Assembly: GCA_038087875.1 (NCBI GenBank) | Contig: CM075992.1 | Location: 11,658,001 to 11,722,000, forward strand | Direction of reading: 5' to 3' | DNA from: Malacoraja senta | Taxonomy: Eukaryota | Length of the DNA: 64,000 nt | Notes under the pieces: model-generated | The model's database searches: none | What the model saw: the letters and a program-made list of their open reading frames with translations, nothing else | What the model was told of the DNA's origin: nothing | In this document: positions 21,930 through 34,800 of the stretch, in pieces | How the letters are laid out: every line of letters starts with the position of its first letter | How positions within the stretch are numbered: position 1 is the first letter of the stretch | Translations under genes and position numbers: made by a program

Positions 21930-24900
21930 ATGCAAGATGTTAATATGACAAGAGGGGGCCAGGGAATAACATTTTGTAGCTGGAATGTCAAGGGAATCAA
22001 TGAACCAATTAAGAGAGGTAAAGTTTTGGCACATCTAAACCTAATCAAAACAGATATAATATTCCTCCAAGAAACGCACCTTAAAAAGGAATCCCAACAT
22101 AGACTTAAAGCAAAGTGGATCGCTGAATCATATCATTCCTCTTTTTCCCATAAATCCAGAGGAGTTGCAATATTAATTCGTAAAGGAATACATTTTACGA
22201 ACTCTTCAACAATAGTGGATATAGATGGTAGATATATTATATTAGTAGGAGAGTTAAATGGAGAAAAAGTGATTCTTCTTAATGTATATGGGCCTAACTT
22301 TGATAACCCCATGTTTTTTAATAAAACATTTAACAAAATTCCTGAATTTACACAATATAAATTAATAATTGGAGGAGACTTTAACTGTACATTAGATTCA
22401 TACTTAGATAGATCTTCAAGGCAAAAAAAAGTAAAATCTCAATCAAGTGTATTTTTAAATTCATTTATTAATACCACTAATATTAAAGATGTCTGGAGAA
22501 TAGAAAACCCAACTGGACGGGAATATTCATTTTACTCACCAGTACATAAAACATACTCAAGAATAGATTATTTTTTAGTTGACTCTACGTTTATCCCATT
22601 TATTTATAATTCAAAATACCATAACATTATAATCTCAGATCACGCACCTGTAACATTCATGATTAAATTAAATGGAATGTCCGAGAAACAAACATATTGG
22701 AGATTTAACCCACAAATTTTGAACGAAAGATCATGCCAGGAATATATTATTAAACAGATTCAAATATTTTTTGAGGTAAATGACAATCCTGACACACCTA
22801 CTTCTCTTATGTGGGAAACGTTTAAAGCGTTTGTTCGTGGTACATTGATTTCCGCTCAAGCATTTTATAATAAAGAGAACAGGATTAAACAACAAATATT
22901 GGAAAGGGAAATCAAGCAACTAGATATAGAAAATGCGAGAACGCCATCTATTTTAAAACATAATAAAATTGCTGTATTGAAATATAAATTAAATAAAATG
23001 TATTCAGAACAAGTAATAAAACTTTATCAAAAAACCAAACAATTACATTTTGAATTTGGAGACAAACCACAAAAACTATTAGCACGTCAGTTACGAAAAA
23101 TGGAAGGGGAAAAAATAATTCATAAAATTAGAACAGAGACAGGAGAATTATTAAAAATGCCCAAGGACATAAATGATAGATTTCTCCAATACTATCATAA
23201 CCTTTATTCAACTAAAACCGTAGGACAATCAGAAGGAATAGCAGATTTTTTACTAAAATGTAATTTAAAAGGTTTAGATTCAAACGATAGAGAATTATTA
23301 GAAAGGGAGATTACCATAAAAGATATTGAGGAGTCAATCGGCTCTTTAAAAAATGGGAAAGCAGTAGGACCAGATGGTTTAGGCTCCGAATTTTATAAAA
23401 AATTTCATGACCTGCTTTGTCCACGTTTACAAAGGTTGTACGAGTATATCTATACTCAACAGAAACTTCCAGACACCTTAAATGAATCTATAATAACACT
23501 TATTCCTAAAGCTGATAAAGATCTGGAAGACCCGGGATCATATAGAGCAATCGCACTTTTAAATACAGATCAGAAAATATTAACTAAAATACTAGCGAAT
23601 AGATTAAGTACAATGATGAATAAATTAATACACCCTGATCAAACAGGCTTTATTCAGAAACGGTACTCATATTATAACCTAAGAAGATTATTTAATATTA
23701 TATATTCCAAGAGAAATATTAATGAAGATCTAGCAATAATCTCACTTGACGCTGAAAAAGCATTTGATCAGGTCGAATGGTCTTATTTATTTTCGGTGAT
23801 GGAAAATATGCAGTTAGGGGAGAAATTCTGTACATGGATAAAACTGTTATATACAAATCCCACGGCTAGAATATTTACAAACCAAAGGTTGTCATCTAAA
23901 TTTAGTCTATCTAGAGGTTGTAGACAAGGATGCCCGTTATCTCCATTATTATTTGCGCTTGCTATTGAGCCACTTGCAGAAAGAGTCAGGGGGCATCCGG
24001 AAATACACGGATATAACACAAAGGACACAGTGAATAAGATTTCTCTATATGCAGATGATGTATTAATTTATATTACAAAACCAGAAATTAGTATTCCAAA
24101 CTTATTAAAGCTAATAACCCAATTTGGTTCACTTTCAGGATACAGAATAAATTGGAATAAAAGTGAAATTATGCCAATAAGGGAATATAACAAACAGATA
24201 ATACAACAATATCCATTTAAAATAGTAAAGGAAAAATTTAAATATCTAGGTATTTATATAACTAAGAAATATACATCATTATTTAAAGCAAATTTTCCAC
24301 CATTACTAAATAAACTACATAAGAATATTCAATACTGGAAAACACTTCCTATCTCAATGGTAGGCAAAATTAATGCCATAAAAATGATTTTTTTACCGCA
24401 AATATTATACCTGTTTCAGACATTACCGATATATCTGGCAAAAACCTTTTTTAAAAAACTGGACTCTATTGTTAATGATTTTATCTGGGATTATAAGAAT
24501 CATAGGATAAACAAAAGACATTTGTGTAAATCAAAAATAAATGGAGGCTTGGTTTTACCCAACTTTTTGTTTTATTTCTGGGCAGTTAATATTAAAAATA
24601 TGAATTTCTGGTTGGAAGAAATAGATCATCAACCAGACTGGTTAAAAATGGAAAAGGAAGATTGTTTACCTTTTGATATCGGTTCGATTTTATTTGCTAC
24701 GTCTAAATTAAACAAAAAAATTTATAGGGAAAACCCTATAATATTTAGTGCTATACGAATTTGGAAACAATTAAAAAGGACATTAAAATTAGATAATTTA
24801 TCACTTTTTCTTCCAATTGTGAATAACCCTTTGTTTAAGCCTTCATGGTTGGACGGGGGTTTTACACAATGGAAGAATTATGGAATTAAAAATATGGGAC

Positions 24901-25745
24901 AACTTTACAAGGAAGGCACTTTTCTGACATTTCAGGAGTTGCAACAGACTTACGGACTTCGAGGAAATGATTACTTCAGATATCTTCAACTTAGAGATTA
25001 CGTAAAATCAAATACTCAAAATTTTAGAATTAGAAATTCAGAAATTCTTGATGAATGTTGGAACAAACATCCTAATACAGAAAAATTAATATCTTATATA
25101 TATAATATCTTATTAGACAGTGACATTCCATCGACGGACTTACACAGACAAACATGGGAAAAAGAATTAAATCAAATAATAACGAAAGATACTTGGGAAG
25201 AAAGTTTGCAACACATACATCAATGTTCATTAAACGCCAGACATTCTCTAATACAATTTAAAGTAATACATAGGTTACATTATTCTAAAACAAAACTACA
25301 TAAAATTTTTCAACATATCTCACCTATATGTGATAAATGTCAACATTTAGAAGCTACCTTATCTCATATGTTTGCAAACTGTATAAAAATTAAACAATTC
25401 TGGGTAAATATTTTCAGTATAATATCTAAAGTAACCAGCACACAATTGGACCCAGACCCAAAATTAATAATACTTGGAATATTAGAATTAAATCAAACAT
25501 TTAGAACAACACAAAGAAACTTTATTGATTATAGTTTAATAACAGGAAAAAAATTAATTCTAAAATTTTGGAAAGGCCCTACGACCCCCACAATCAAAAT
25601 GTGGATTATAGAAATGACGGAGACCTTAAACGTGGAAAGAATCAGACTCTCCCTGTTGGACAAACAGGAATTATTCATTGGAACATGGTCTCCTTTTATT
25701 GATTACCTAAAGGGTCAGAACAGTTCAGCACAGGAACCTGACTAA
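21930..25745 (+). CDS. L1 ORF2p, intact 1271 aa (APE endonuclease, RT, CCHC)
   Basis: SWNVKG, FLQETH, GGDFN, SRIDYF, SDH; LDAEKAFD, RQGCPLSP, YADD; CDKC...H....C. Confidence 0.97.
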   Translation: MQDVNMTRGGQGITFCSWNVKGINEPIKRGKVLAHLNLIKTDIIFLQETHLKKESQHRLKAKWIAESYHSSFSHKSRGVAILIRKGIHFTNSSTIVDIDGRYIILVGELNGEKVILLNVYGPNFDNPMFFNKTFNKIPEFTQYKLIIGGDFNCTLDSYLDRSSRQKKVKSQSSVFLNSFINTTNIKDVWRIENPTGREYSFYSPVHKTYSRIDYFLVDSTFIPFIYNSKYHNIIISDHAPVTFMIKLNGMSEKQTYWRFNPQILNERSCQEYIIKQIQIFFEVNDNPDTPTSLMWETFKAFVRGTLISAQAFYNKENRIKQQILEREIKQLDIENARTPSILKHNKIAVLKYKLNKMYSEQVIKLYQKTKQLHFEFGDKPQKLLARQLRKMEGEKIIHKIRTETGELLKMPKDINDRFLQYYHNLYSTKTVGQSEGIADFLLKCNLKGLDSNDRELLEREITIKDIEESIGSLKNGKAVGPDGLGSEFYKKFHDLLCPRLQRLYEYIYTQQKLPDTLNESIITLIPKADKDLEDPGSYRAIALLNTDQKILTKILANRLSTMMNKLIHPDQTGFIQKRYSYYNLRRLFNIIYSKRNINEDLAIISLDAEKAFDQVEWSYLFSVMENMQLGEKFCTWIKLLYTNPTARIFTNQRLSSKFSLSRGCRQGCPLSPLLFALAIEPLAERVRGHPEIHGYNTKDTVNKISLYADDVLIYITKPEISIPNLLKLITQFGSLSGYRINWNKSEIMPIREYNKQIIQQYPFKIVKEKFKYLGIYITKKYTSLFKANFPPLLNKLHKNIQYWKTLPISMVGKINAIKMIFLPQILYLFQTLPIYLAKTFFKKLDSIVNDFIWDYKNHRINKRHLCKSKINGGLVLPNFLFYFWAVNIKNMNFWLEEIDHQPDWLKMEKEDCLPFDIGSILFATSKLNKKIYRENPIIFSAIRIWKQLKRTLKLDNLSLFLPIVNNPLFKPSWLDGGFTQWKNYGIKNMGQLYKEGTFLTFQELQQTYGLRGNDYFRYLQLRDYVKSNTQNFRIRNSEILDECWNKHPNTEKLISYIYNILLDSDIPSTDLHRQTWEKELNQIITKDTWEESLQHIHQCSLNARHSLIQFKVIHRLHYSKTKLHKIFQHISPICDKCQHLEATLSHMFANCIKIKQFWVNIFSIISKVTSTQLDPDPKLIILGILELNQTFRTTQRNFIDYSLITGKKLILKFWKGPTTPTIKMWIIEMTETLNVERIRLSLLDKQELFIGTWSPFIDYLKGQNSSAQEPD

Positions 25746-26195
25746 CACCCGGGCTAAAGAATGGATGAAATGCTATATCTAGAAATGTACGAATATATCT
25801 CGAATGAAGTTTTCTATTTTAATAAATTTTTCCATTCTCCTTTAACTATCTTTTCTCAATTTTTTTGTTTTTTTTGTTTTTTTTTGTTTTATTATTATTT
25901 TTTTTTTTTCTCTTCTCTTTCTTTTCTTTCTTTACTTCATCTTTCTCTTTAGTTCTATTTAGTTTAAAAAAAAAAAAGCAAAAAGTATTGGAGACATTGT
26001 AATAATATTTAACAATATTATCAATTTAAAAATGTAAGACTGTAAGACTGTAATGATGTAACTAGGTTGTGTACGCATCTCCAATAAAAAAATATTAATT
26101 AAACATAGATTGGTTGGTTAGTAAGTTTGCCAATAACACAGGGCTGGCACAGTGATGCAAGGGTAGAGTTGCTGCCTTACGGCTCCAGACACCCG

Positions 26196-27265
26196 GATTG
26201 TGCTGTACGCTTCAGCGTCCATGACACTGTTGTGCCATTTACGTTGCACCAGGATGTAATCTAGCTGGTGCTTTTCTTCTGTGCACCGGTCCTGATGTGT
26301 CCACAGCTTTCCTTGGCGCTTTTTGAACATAATGTTGGCTGCTAGGAGTCTATACTCCTGGAGAAAGCCACCTAGTTGTTGCCCATTCCGGTTAGTGTCA
26401 CCAGTGTGATAGATGTAACAGGCATCCTCCAGTCCGAGGCGGACATTGAAGTCCCCAAGCACAGCCAGAAAATTGTGCACATGTACGCGCTCCATCGCAA
26501 CTTGGAGGACAGAGTAGAATTGTTCCACTTTGGCCTCAGGGCTGCTGTTGTGAGAGGAGTAGCATACTATAACAGTGGTGACAGGGTTACCACTAAACTC
26601 AGCAATAAGGACTCGAGGACTGACAGAGTGGACACCCTGCAGCGCGCTTCTTGCTCTCCGACTCAATGGCAGACCCACTCCTCCCTGAGCAGAGTTGTTT
26701 ACAGGACCTCTCCACGCTGACCATGTGATGAGGTCCATGCCATCCGCTTTGTCAAACCTGATCTCCATGTCTCGGTGGGCACGACGATGCTCTTGAATGC
26801 CCAGGACATCAACCCTGCATCTGCAACTACACGCTGCCATCTCGGTAGACCTTGACTCTTCACGAATAGTTAAAGCGTTGAAAGATGAAAACATCAATAA
26901 CTTCTTGCACTTTAGAATGGGTGCAACCGCTGTAGTCCTGAAGTCAGACTGATCCCTCCCCGGGGTGTATCCAGGGTTTAAAGACCCATCGTCATGGTGC
27001 CCAGATGGGCTAGAACCTCGAACAGCTGCAAAGTTCCTGCCGCTGGAAGTATAGGATTTTGGTGTGTGTGCTTTATCATCGTTCATTACAATGCTATGTA
27101 CGACAGTGATCGCAACTTCTACTGAAGTGTGGATGGCCGTTGGCTCGCTAGGAGCTCATCCGCCCTTTGACAGGTCTTGTTTTTGGTCCTGCTGGGGGTC
27201 CACAGCCCCCTCCTCACCCGGGATTACCTGGTACCCGTGGCGGGGGGAACTTCCCCCCGACCTGA
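26196..27265 (-). mobile_element. RTE-clade LINE 5'UTR plus APE endonuclease, inverted relative to its RT half
   Basis: Minus ORF 26118-27086 with LGIQEHR, GGVG, LGDFN, LDYIL motifs. Confidence 0.85.
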
Positions 27266-28544
27266 CATGTTTCTTGGCCAAGGTCTACAACCGCTTGATT
27301 CTCAACCGAATTAGGGTTGTCATCGACCCGAAGCTACGTTACAATCAGAACAGCTTCAGAGAGAAGAGGAACACGGTCACACAGATCCTTGCCGTCCGAA
27401 GAATATTTGAGGAGGTGAAGAATAACAACCTGCCAGCCGTCCTAACCTTCATAGACTTCAAGAAGGCATTTGACTCAATTTCATCTATGTAAAATGATGA
27501 AGATTTTGAAGGCTTACGGTATCCCTCCTCGTGTCCTTAGAGCCATTGAGGATATGCACTTGGGCACCACGGCCAAGGTTGACAAAGTGTTCGAGATCCT
27601 TGCGGGGATCTTACAGGGAGACACGCTGGCACCCTTTCTATTCGTTATTGTCCATGATTATGCCATGAGGCAGGCGCTCAAGGAACATGAGGACCTCGGC
27701 TTCACAATCACCCCAAGGCATTCAAGAAGAATCGGGCCAGTCAACTTGTCAGACCTCGACTTTGCTGATGACATCGTGTTGCTGTCAGACCAGATTAGGG
27801 AGGCACAGGAGCTGCTCAGCAGGGTCGAGACAGAGTGTGAGAAAGTGGGCCTCCACCTCAATGCCAAGAAGACGGAGTACATGGCGTTCAACGTTGGTGA
27901 CCATGAGCCTCTCAAGACCAGTGGCGGTGCATCTCTCAAGAAAGTGGAGGACTTCCAGTACCTGGGAGCGAGGATGCAGAACTCGGAGAATGACATCAAG
28001 GTCCGGAAAGTCCTCGCATGGAAAGCCCTCAATAACATGGGAATATCTGGATGTCTCGGATGTCTAAGGGTCTCAAACTGAGATTCTTGCATGTAACTGT
28101 AGAGACCGTATTATTGTATGGGTGTGAGGCATGGACTCTCACTCGAGCACTGTCCAAGTCTCTCGATGGTACTGACACTCGAATGCTCAGTAAAGTGCAA
28201 CATGTCAGTTGGAGGGACCACATCACCAATGCCCAGCTCTATGGGGAGATTCCACCTATGACTGAGAAGATCAGAATGAGAAGGATGAGGCTCGCTGGTC
28301 ACTGCCACCACCACCCAGAAATGCCAGCAAACAAGGTTGTGTTGTGGGAACCCACCCATGGAAGACGTGACCCGGGAAGGCCAATCAAGACAATGCTGAA
28401 GACGTTGATGGAAGACGCATGTGTAGAGAGAAAAGAGGAGCTTGCCAGCTGCATGGAGGACAGAGATGTGTGGTGTGTCCATCACCGGGCCCGTCGGAAA
28501 CCAGCACCACTGCGTCGCTAATGTTTTCAATGATGATGATGATG
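27266..28544 (+). mobile_element. RTE-clade LINE RT and 3' end with (tga)n tail, frameshifted
   Basis: DFKKAFDSI, GILQGDTLAPFLF, DFADD, LLYGCEAW, RMRLAGH motifs; tgatgatgatgatg at 28531-28544. Confidence 0.9.
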
Positions 28545-28932
28545 GATGGCAGAAGACAAAGAGTGGCAATAAACGGGGCTTTTTGTGGTTGGCTGATAGT
28601 GGAATTCTCTGCCACAGAAGGCAGTGGCAGCCAATTCACTGGATGTTTTCAAGAGAGTTAGATTTTGCTATTGAGAAAAATGCAATCACTCTGACAGTGG
28701 GAAATTGAAGAACAGATACATAGACAGTTTACAGAAGGATGCAAAAGCAACAAGTTGGCGTTGTGGGTGATTTTATCTTCCATAATATTGACTGGGAATT
28801 GCTCAATAGCTTCAGATGAGATAGAATTTACAGGTGTATCCAAGAGTATGTAGATAGTCCAACTCAAGGGGGGTCCAGGTTGCCTGGTGTTGGTAAACAA
28901 GCTTGGCTGGGTTATTAAATTAAAATATTAAG

Positions 28933-29245
28933 GGGCAGCACAGTCTCTCAGCAATAGAGTTGCTGCCTTACAGCGGCAGAGATCCAGGTTCAATCCTGAC
29001 TACGGGAGTTGTCTGTATGGAATTTGTACGTTTGTAATTTGTACGTTCTCCCTGTGACTGCATGGGTTTTCTCTGGATGCTCCAGTTTCCTCCCACACTC
29101 CAAAGATGTACATGTTTGTAAGTTAATTGGCTTCTGTAAAGTGTAAATTGTACCTAGTGTATAGGATAGTGCTAGTGTACGAGGTGATCGCTGACAGTGG
29201 GCCGAAGGACCTATTTTCCTGCTGTATCTCCAAAGTCTAAAGTAA
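28933..29245 (+). mobile_element. tRNA-derived SINE (HE1/V-SINE type)
   Basis: ggggcagcacag...agagttgctgccttacagcggcagagatccaggttcaatcc head and core. Confidence 0.85.
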
Positions 29246-30500
29246 GGTCACTGGTGTTTCAGTGAAAGAATATTTTGGGAACAGTGATCATAACTGCAAA
29301 TGTATTCAGATAGTTATGAATAAGAATAAGTCTGGACCTTGTGGTACGGTACTAAGTGGGGTTAGGTGCATGCAGCATCTGCTGCGGAGAGTATATTGGG
29401 AGCATCGGTTATTGGGTAAGTCCACATCTGACATGTGGAAGTGGTTTAAAGACCAGCTGACCAGAGTTCAGGACCACATGTTCCAGTGAGGAGGAGAAAT
29501 AGGATGGCAAGGTAGGGGGATCTTTGGATCATGAAAGAGGTTGCAAATTTGGTCAAAAAGAAATAGGGAGCTTATGTAAGGTTGAGAAAGAAAAAATCAG
29601 ACAGGAACTTTGAGGAGTATAAAGCCACGAGGAAAGAAGCAAGCAATTAAAAACTCCAAAAGGGACAACAAAATGGTATTGGTGAGTAGGAATAAAGGAA
29701 AATCCTGGGCTTTTTATATGTATATTACATATAAGCAGATAACTGGAAATAGGTAGGACTGTTGAAGGCTCAAGGGTGGATTTATGCTTGAAGGATATAG
29801 ATGAGATACTAAACAAGTACTTTGCATCTGTTTTCACCAAGGAGAAGGATGTAGAGGATAGTGAGATCAATGTGGAGAATACTAATACACAGTGGCACAA
29901 CTGGTCAAGCTGTGTCAGGAACAGTGCCAGAAACCTTGGTTCGATCCTGACCGAGGGTGTTATCTGTGAGGTTCATAAGACCATAAGTTCTGGGAACACA
30001 ATTAGGCCATTCCGCCCATTAAGTCTACTTTGCCATTCAATCATGGCTGATCTGTTTTCCTATTCAACCCTTTTCTCCTGCCTTCTCCCCATTACCCCTG
30101 ACACCCTTTGGAAACAAGAATCTGTCAATCTCAGCCTTAAAAAAATATCCATTGACTTGGCTTCCACAGCCATCTGTGGCAATTAATTCCACAGATTCAC
30201 CACCCTCTGACTAAAGAAATTCCTCCTCATCTCCCTTTCTAAACATACATCCTTTTATTGAAGCTATGATCTCTGGTCCTAGACTCTCCCACTAGTGGAA
30301 ACACCCTCATTCTATCCAGGCCTTTCACTATTCATGATGTTTCAATGAGGTACCCCCTCATCCTTCGAAAATTCAACAAGTAAAGGCCCAGTTCCGCCAA
30401 TCGCTCATCATATGTTAACCCAATCATTCCTGGATCAATCTCGTAAACCTCCTCTGGACCGACTCCAATGCCAGCACATCCTTCCTCAGATATGGGCTCA
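29246..30500. mobile_element. CR1 fragments (plus 29246-29890; minus 29975-30500)
   Basis: GNSDHN and LNKYFASVFTKE on plus; RRMRGYLIE and CR1 3'UTR on minus. Confidence 0.75.
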
Positions 30501-31880
30501 AAACTGCAAACGTGCTTGCACTTTCTCCCTGTGAAATTTGCGGGGGAGGGCAGGAGTGTTGAGAAGGAGGGGGTCGAGGATAATGCCAGTAACTCACCCA
30601 CTCACCGCTGCCGCGGCGCTCCGAGCGCAGAACCACCGCATTGTAGCCGGGGATAGAAGCAGCTCGGGTAGCTGCGAGTGGCCGCTGGGACCCGACTGCA
30701 GAACTGGCAGCCACTTCAGCCGACCCACTCACCTCTGGCAGTGCTCTCCGTCGGAAAACCTCTCACCTGCCACTCGCCGGCTTCGCTCATGTCAGCCGCT
30801 TCCGCATATCCTTAAATTCCCACAGCTGAGTAACCTCAATCGCGTTGTCGGAATTTAAGGATTTGCAGGAAGTGGCTGACATGAGTGAGGGCAGCGAGCG
30901 GCAGGAGAGAGGTTTTTAGATGATGGAGAGCTGCCAGAGGTGAGCGGGGGCCGGCAGAAGGCACTCAGGTGGCGGCCGGTTCCACTGTCCGGCCCGGCGG
31001 CCGCTCACAGCCCCCCGAGCTACTTCTCCCCCCACCCACCGCCGCCCCACCTCAATGCGGTGGCTCCGTGCAAGGGAGCGTCGCAAGTGGCATGATCCCG
31101 ATCCCCCTCCTTCACAACATTCGTGCCCTCCCCGCAACTTTACCCCGGGCCAGACTCCCCAAACACTGTGAAAGGAACTTTCCCCCCACCCTCACACCTC
31201 GGGAAATACGGTATTTAAATCCATAAAGCACCAAGAAATGTACTTACCACATTATCGGTACACGAACTCATTCTTCTCTCTTTGTTTCCTAAGATACACT
31301 TCAGATAATGGGAATCCATATTTGAAAACCCCGCCAAGAACTAGTGCTGCACATGCGCAGTAGGCTGCTGCTGCACCTGCTCAGTGCTGCAAAGGCAGAA
31401 TTTCAGCTGCCTTCAGCTCCGCTTGAAATTGACGGCTTGAAGCAGCGCCGACGGCACGTGGGCTGCACAGACCTTCAAGGGTTACAAGTGCTGCGGTTGA
31501 AAGGCACGGAGAATTATGCCTACTTAAGAGATCGATCTCTTAGATAGGCAGAATTCTCCCATGCCTTTACTATTTATATTTAGTCATTACCATTTTATAT
31601 AACCATATAACCATATAACCATTACAGCACGGAAACAGGCCATCTCGGCCCTTCAAGTCCATGCCGAACATTTTTTAAATTTATTATTATTTTTTTTTAA
31701 AATAAATACTTCCCCCTAGTCCCATCTACCTGCACTCAGACCATAACCCTCCATTCCTTTCCCATCCATATACCCATCCAATCTATTTTTAAAGGATAAA
31801 ATCGAACCAGCCCTCCTCCAAAATGTTATAATTTTAGTCAGGGTAGGCAGTGCCGACCTTGCCTACCCTGATGGCATGTG
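30500..31880. mobile_element. Unclassified GC-rich repeat(s), probably non-autonomous DNA transposon(s), with several hairpins
   Basis: Interrupts CR1 sequence; inverted segment ~30755-30820 vs ~30850-30915; hairpin cagggtaggca/tgcctaccctg 31839-31870. Confidence 0.4.
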
Positions 31881-34800
31881 CATGCGTTATTCCCTCTGCC
31901 ACCTCTTTGGCCACTCTCTCAACCTATCCAAGACCTTCTGCAGAATCCCTGCCTCGCTGACACTACCTACCCCTCCACCTATCTTCGTTTCATCCACAAA
32001 CTTGACCACAAAGCCTTCAATTCCTTCATCCAAATCATTAATATACAACGCAGAGTCTAGCGGCCCCAAAACCAACCCCCGCGGATCTCCACTAGTCACT
32101 GGCAGCCAACCAGAGAAAGCCCCCTTTATTCCCACTCTTTGCCTCTAATATCTTAACAACCATTGAAGTCAGGTAATCTATAGTTTCCCCTCTTTTGCTT
32201 CGTTGCCTTCTTGAATAGTGGAGTAACATTTGGAATGTTCCAGTCCTCTGGGTCCGCTCCTGACTTCAGTGATTCTTGAAAGATCACCACTAATGCCTCC
32301 ACAATCTCTAATGCTATCTCTTTCAGAACTGTGGGGTGTTGTCCATCTGATCCAGGTGACTTATCCACCTTCAGACCTTTCAGCTTCCCAAGCACCTTCT
32401 CTTTAGTAATAGCAACTCCACTAACTTCTACCCCTAACTCTCTTGAAGTACAGACATGTTGCTGGTTGTCTTCTTCTGTAAAGACTGATACAAAAAACAT
32501 ATTTAATTCATCTGCCATTTCATTATTCCCCGTTATTACTTCAAAGAACATTATTACAAAGAAGGGAAGTCGAGGTAATCCAGGAAATTCTAGGCCTGTG
32601 AACCACACGTCAGAACTTTTTTCGCAGGGTGGAAATGTCAAAAACTAGATGGCACAGCATTAAGGTGTGAGAGGCCTTAACATCTTATGTTTAATGGAGA
32701 TGTTTGGGGCATGTTTATTACACAGAGCGGTGGGTGCCTGAAACACACTGGTGGTGTGGTGATGGTGGTAGATATGATAGTGGCATTTAAAGGCTTTTAG
32801 ATAGGCACATGATATGCCGAGAATGGAAGGATGCACAGGCAGAGGAAATTTGGGTTAAGCATCATGCTCGGCATGGCCATTGTGGGCCGAAGGGACTGTT
32901 CCTGTGCTTCTAATACTCCAGGTGCTGCCTCACCACTATGATGGACCATAGTCAAAGATCTTCCTTATTTCTAAACATAAACATTTTTGCAATAAGGGCC
33001 AATGTGCTATCTTGCCTCCCAACTACTTTCTTCAGTCTGCTAACGTTTTGCAACTCCTGCACAAGAACACATGACTTCTCTACATCCATCATCGAACATA
33101 TACAAAACATTGAACATAGAATAGTACAGCACAGGAACAGGCTCTTCTGCCACGAGGTCTGTGCCTAACATGATGCCTAAAGCAACAAATCTGCCTGCAT
33201 AATCCATATTCCTCCATAGCCTGCACATCCATGTGCTTATCCATAAGTCTCTTAAATGCCACAATTGTAACTGCCTCCATCTCCACCCCGGCAACTTGTT
33301 CCAGGCACCCACCAACCTTTGTGTTAAAAAAAGCCTTGCCCACACATCTCCTTTAAACTTTGTCCCTCTCACCTTAAAGCTATGCCCTCTAGTATTTGAA
33401 ACTTCCATCCTGGAAAATAGGTTCTGACTATCTCCCCTATCTATGCCTCATTTCCAACTCTCCTCCATTTAGATAATGTTCTACCTTTGAATTCCTCTTC
33501 CAGTGCATGACCTCACATCTTCCACATTAAAATCCATTTGGTTTTGGTTTTTCAATCTCTCTGTAGAGTCATAGGGTCAAAGAGTCAAAGAGTGATATAG
33601 TGTGGAAACAGGCCACTTCCTGGGCTTGGTCCATGTCCTTCCAAACCTGTCCTATCCATGTACCTGTCATTCTGTTTCTTAAACGATGGGATAGTCCCAG
33701 CCTCAACTATCTCCTCTGGCATTTTGTTCCATGCACACACCACTCCTTGTGTGAAAAAGTTACCCCCGGATTCGTATTAAATCTTTTCCTCTTCATCTTG
33801 AACCTATATCCTCTGGTCCTCGATTCCTCTATTCTGGGCAAAAGACCCAATCTATTCCTCTCTTATACACCTCTTTAAGATCACCCCTCATCCTCCTGTG
33901 CTCCAGGAATAGAGACCCAGCCTACTCAACCTCTCCCTATAGTTCACACCTTCTAGCCCTGGCAACATAAATCTTTTCTGAACCCTTTCAAGCTTGACAA
34001 TATCTTTCCTATAACATGGTGCCCAGAACTGAACACAATATTCAAAATGCGGTCTCACCAACGTCTTACAGAACTGCAACATGACCTCCCAACCTCAATA
34101 AGCCTTTTTGACCACATCTACCTGCGACTCAACCCTCAAGGAACCATGCACCTGTACTCCTTGATCCTCTGCTCTACAACACTACCCAGAGACCTACCAT
34201 TTATTATATAGGTCCTGCCCTTGTTCGATGTCCCAAAATGCAACACTTCACATTTCTCCGTATTAAATTCCATCAACCATTCCTCCGCCCACCTGGCCAA
34301 TTGATCCAGATCCTGCTGCAATCGTTCACAACCATCTTCACTATCTGCAAAACCACTAACTTTTGTATCATCAGCAAATGTTGCCCTGTATGTTCTCATC
34401 CATATCATTGATGTAGATGACAAACAATAACGGGCCCAGTACCGAACTTAAGGCACACCACTAGTCACAGGCATCCAGTCTGAGAAGCAACTTTCAACCA
34501 TTACCCTCTGCTTCCTTCCATGATGCCAATTTGCTATCCATTCAGCTATCTCTCCTTGGATTCCATGCGATCCAACCTTCCAGAGCAGCCTACCATGCGG
34601 AACCTTGTCGAACGCCTTATTGAAGTCCATGCACACAACATCTACAGCTCGGCCTTCATCAACGTTTTTGGTCACGTCTTCAAAAAATCAATCATATTTG
34701 TGAGACACGACCTCCCTCATACAAAACCATGCTGACTATCCCTAATCGCCCCTTGCCCATCCAAATGCCTGTATATACTATCCCTCAGAATACTCTCAAG

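Larger units (their letters stand above)
19736..26099 (+). mobile_element. Full-length L1 LINE with TSD, inserted in a CR1 RT remnant
   Basis: 5' start ggacttccagtggcg, ORF1, 1-kb spacer, ORF2, T-rich 3'UTR, aataaa plus A tail, TSD taaacatagattgg (19724-19737, 26100-26113). Confidence 0.96.
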
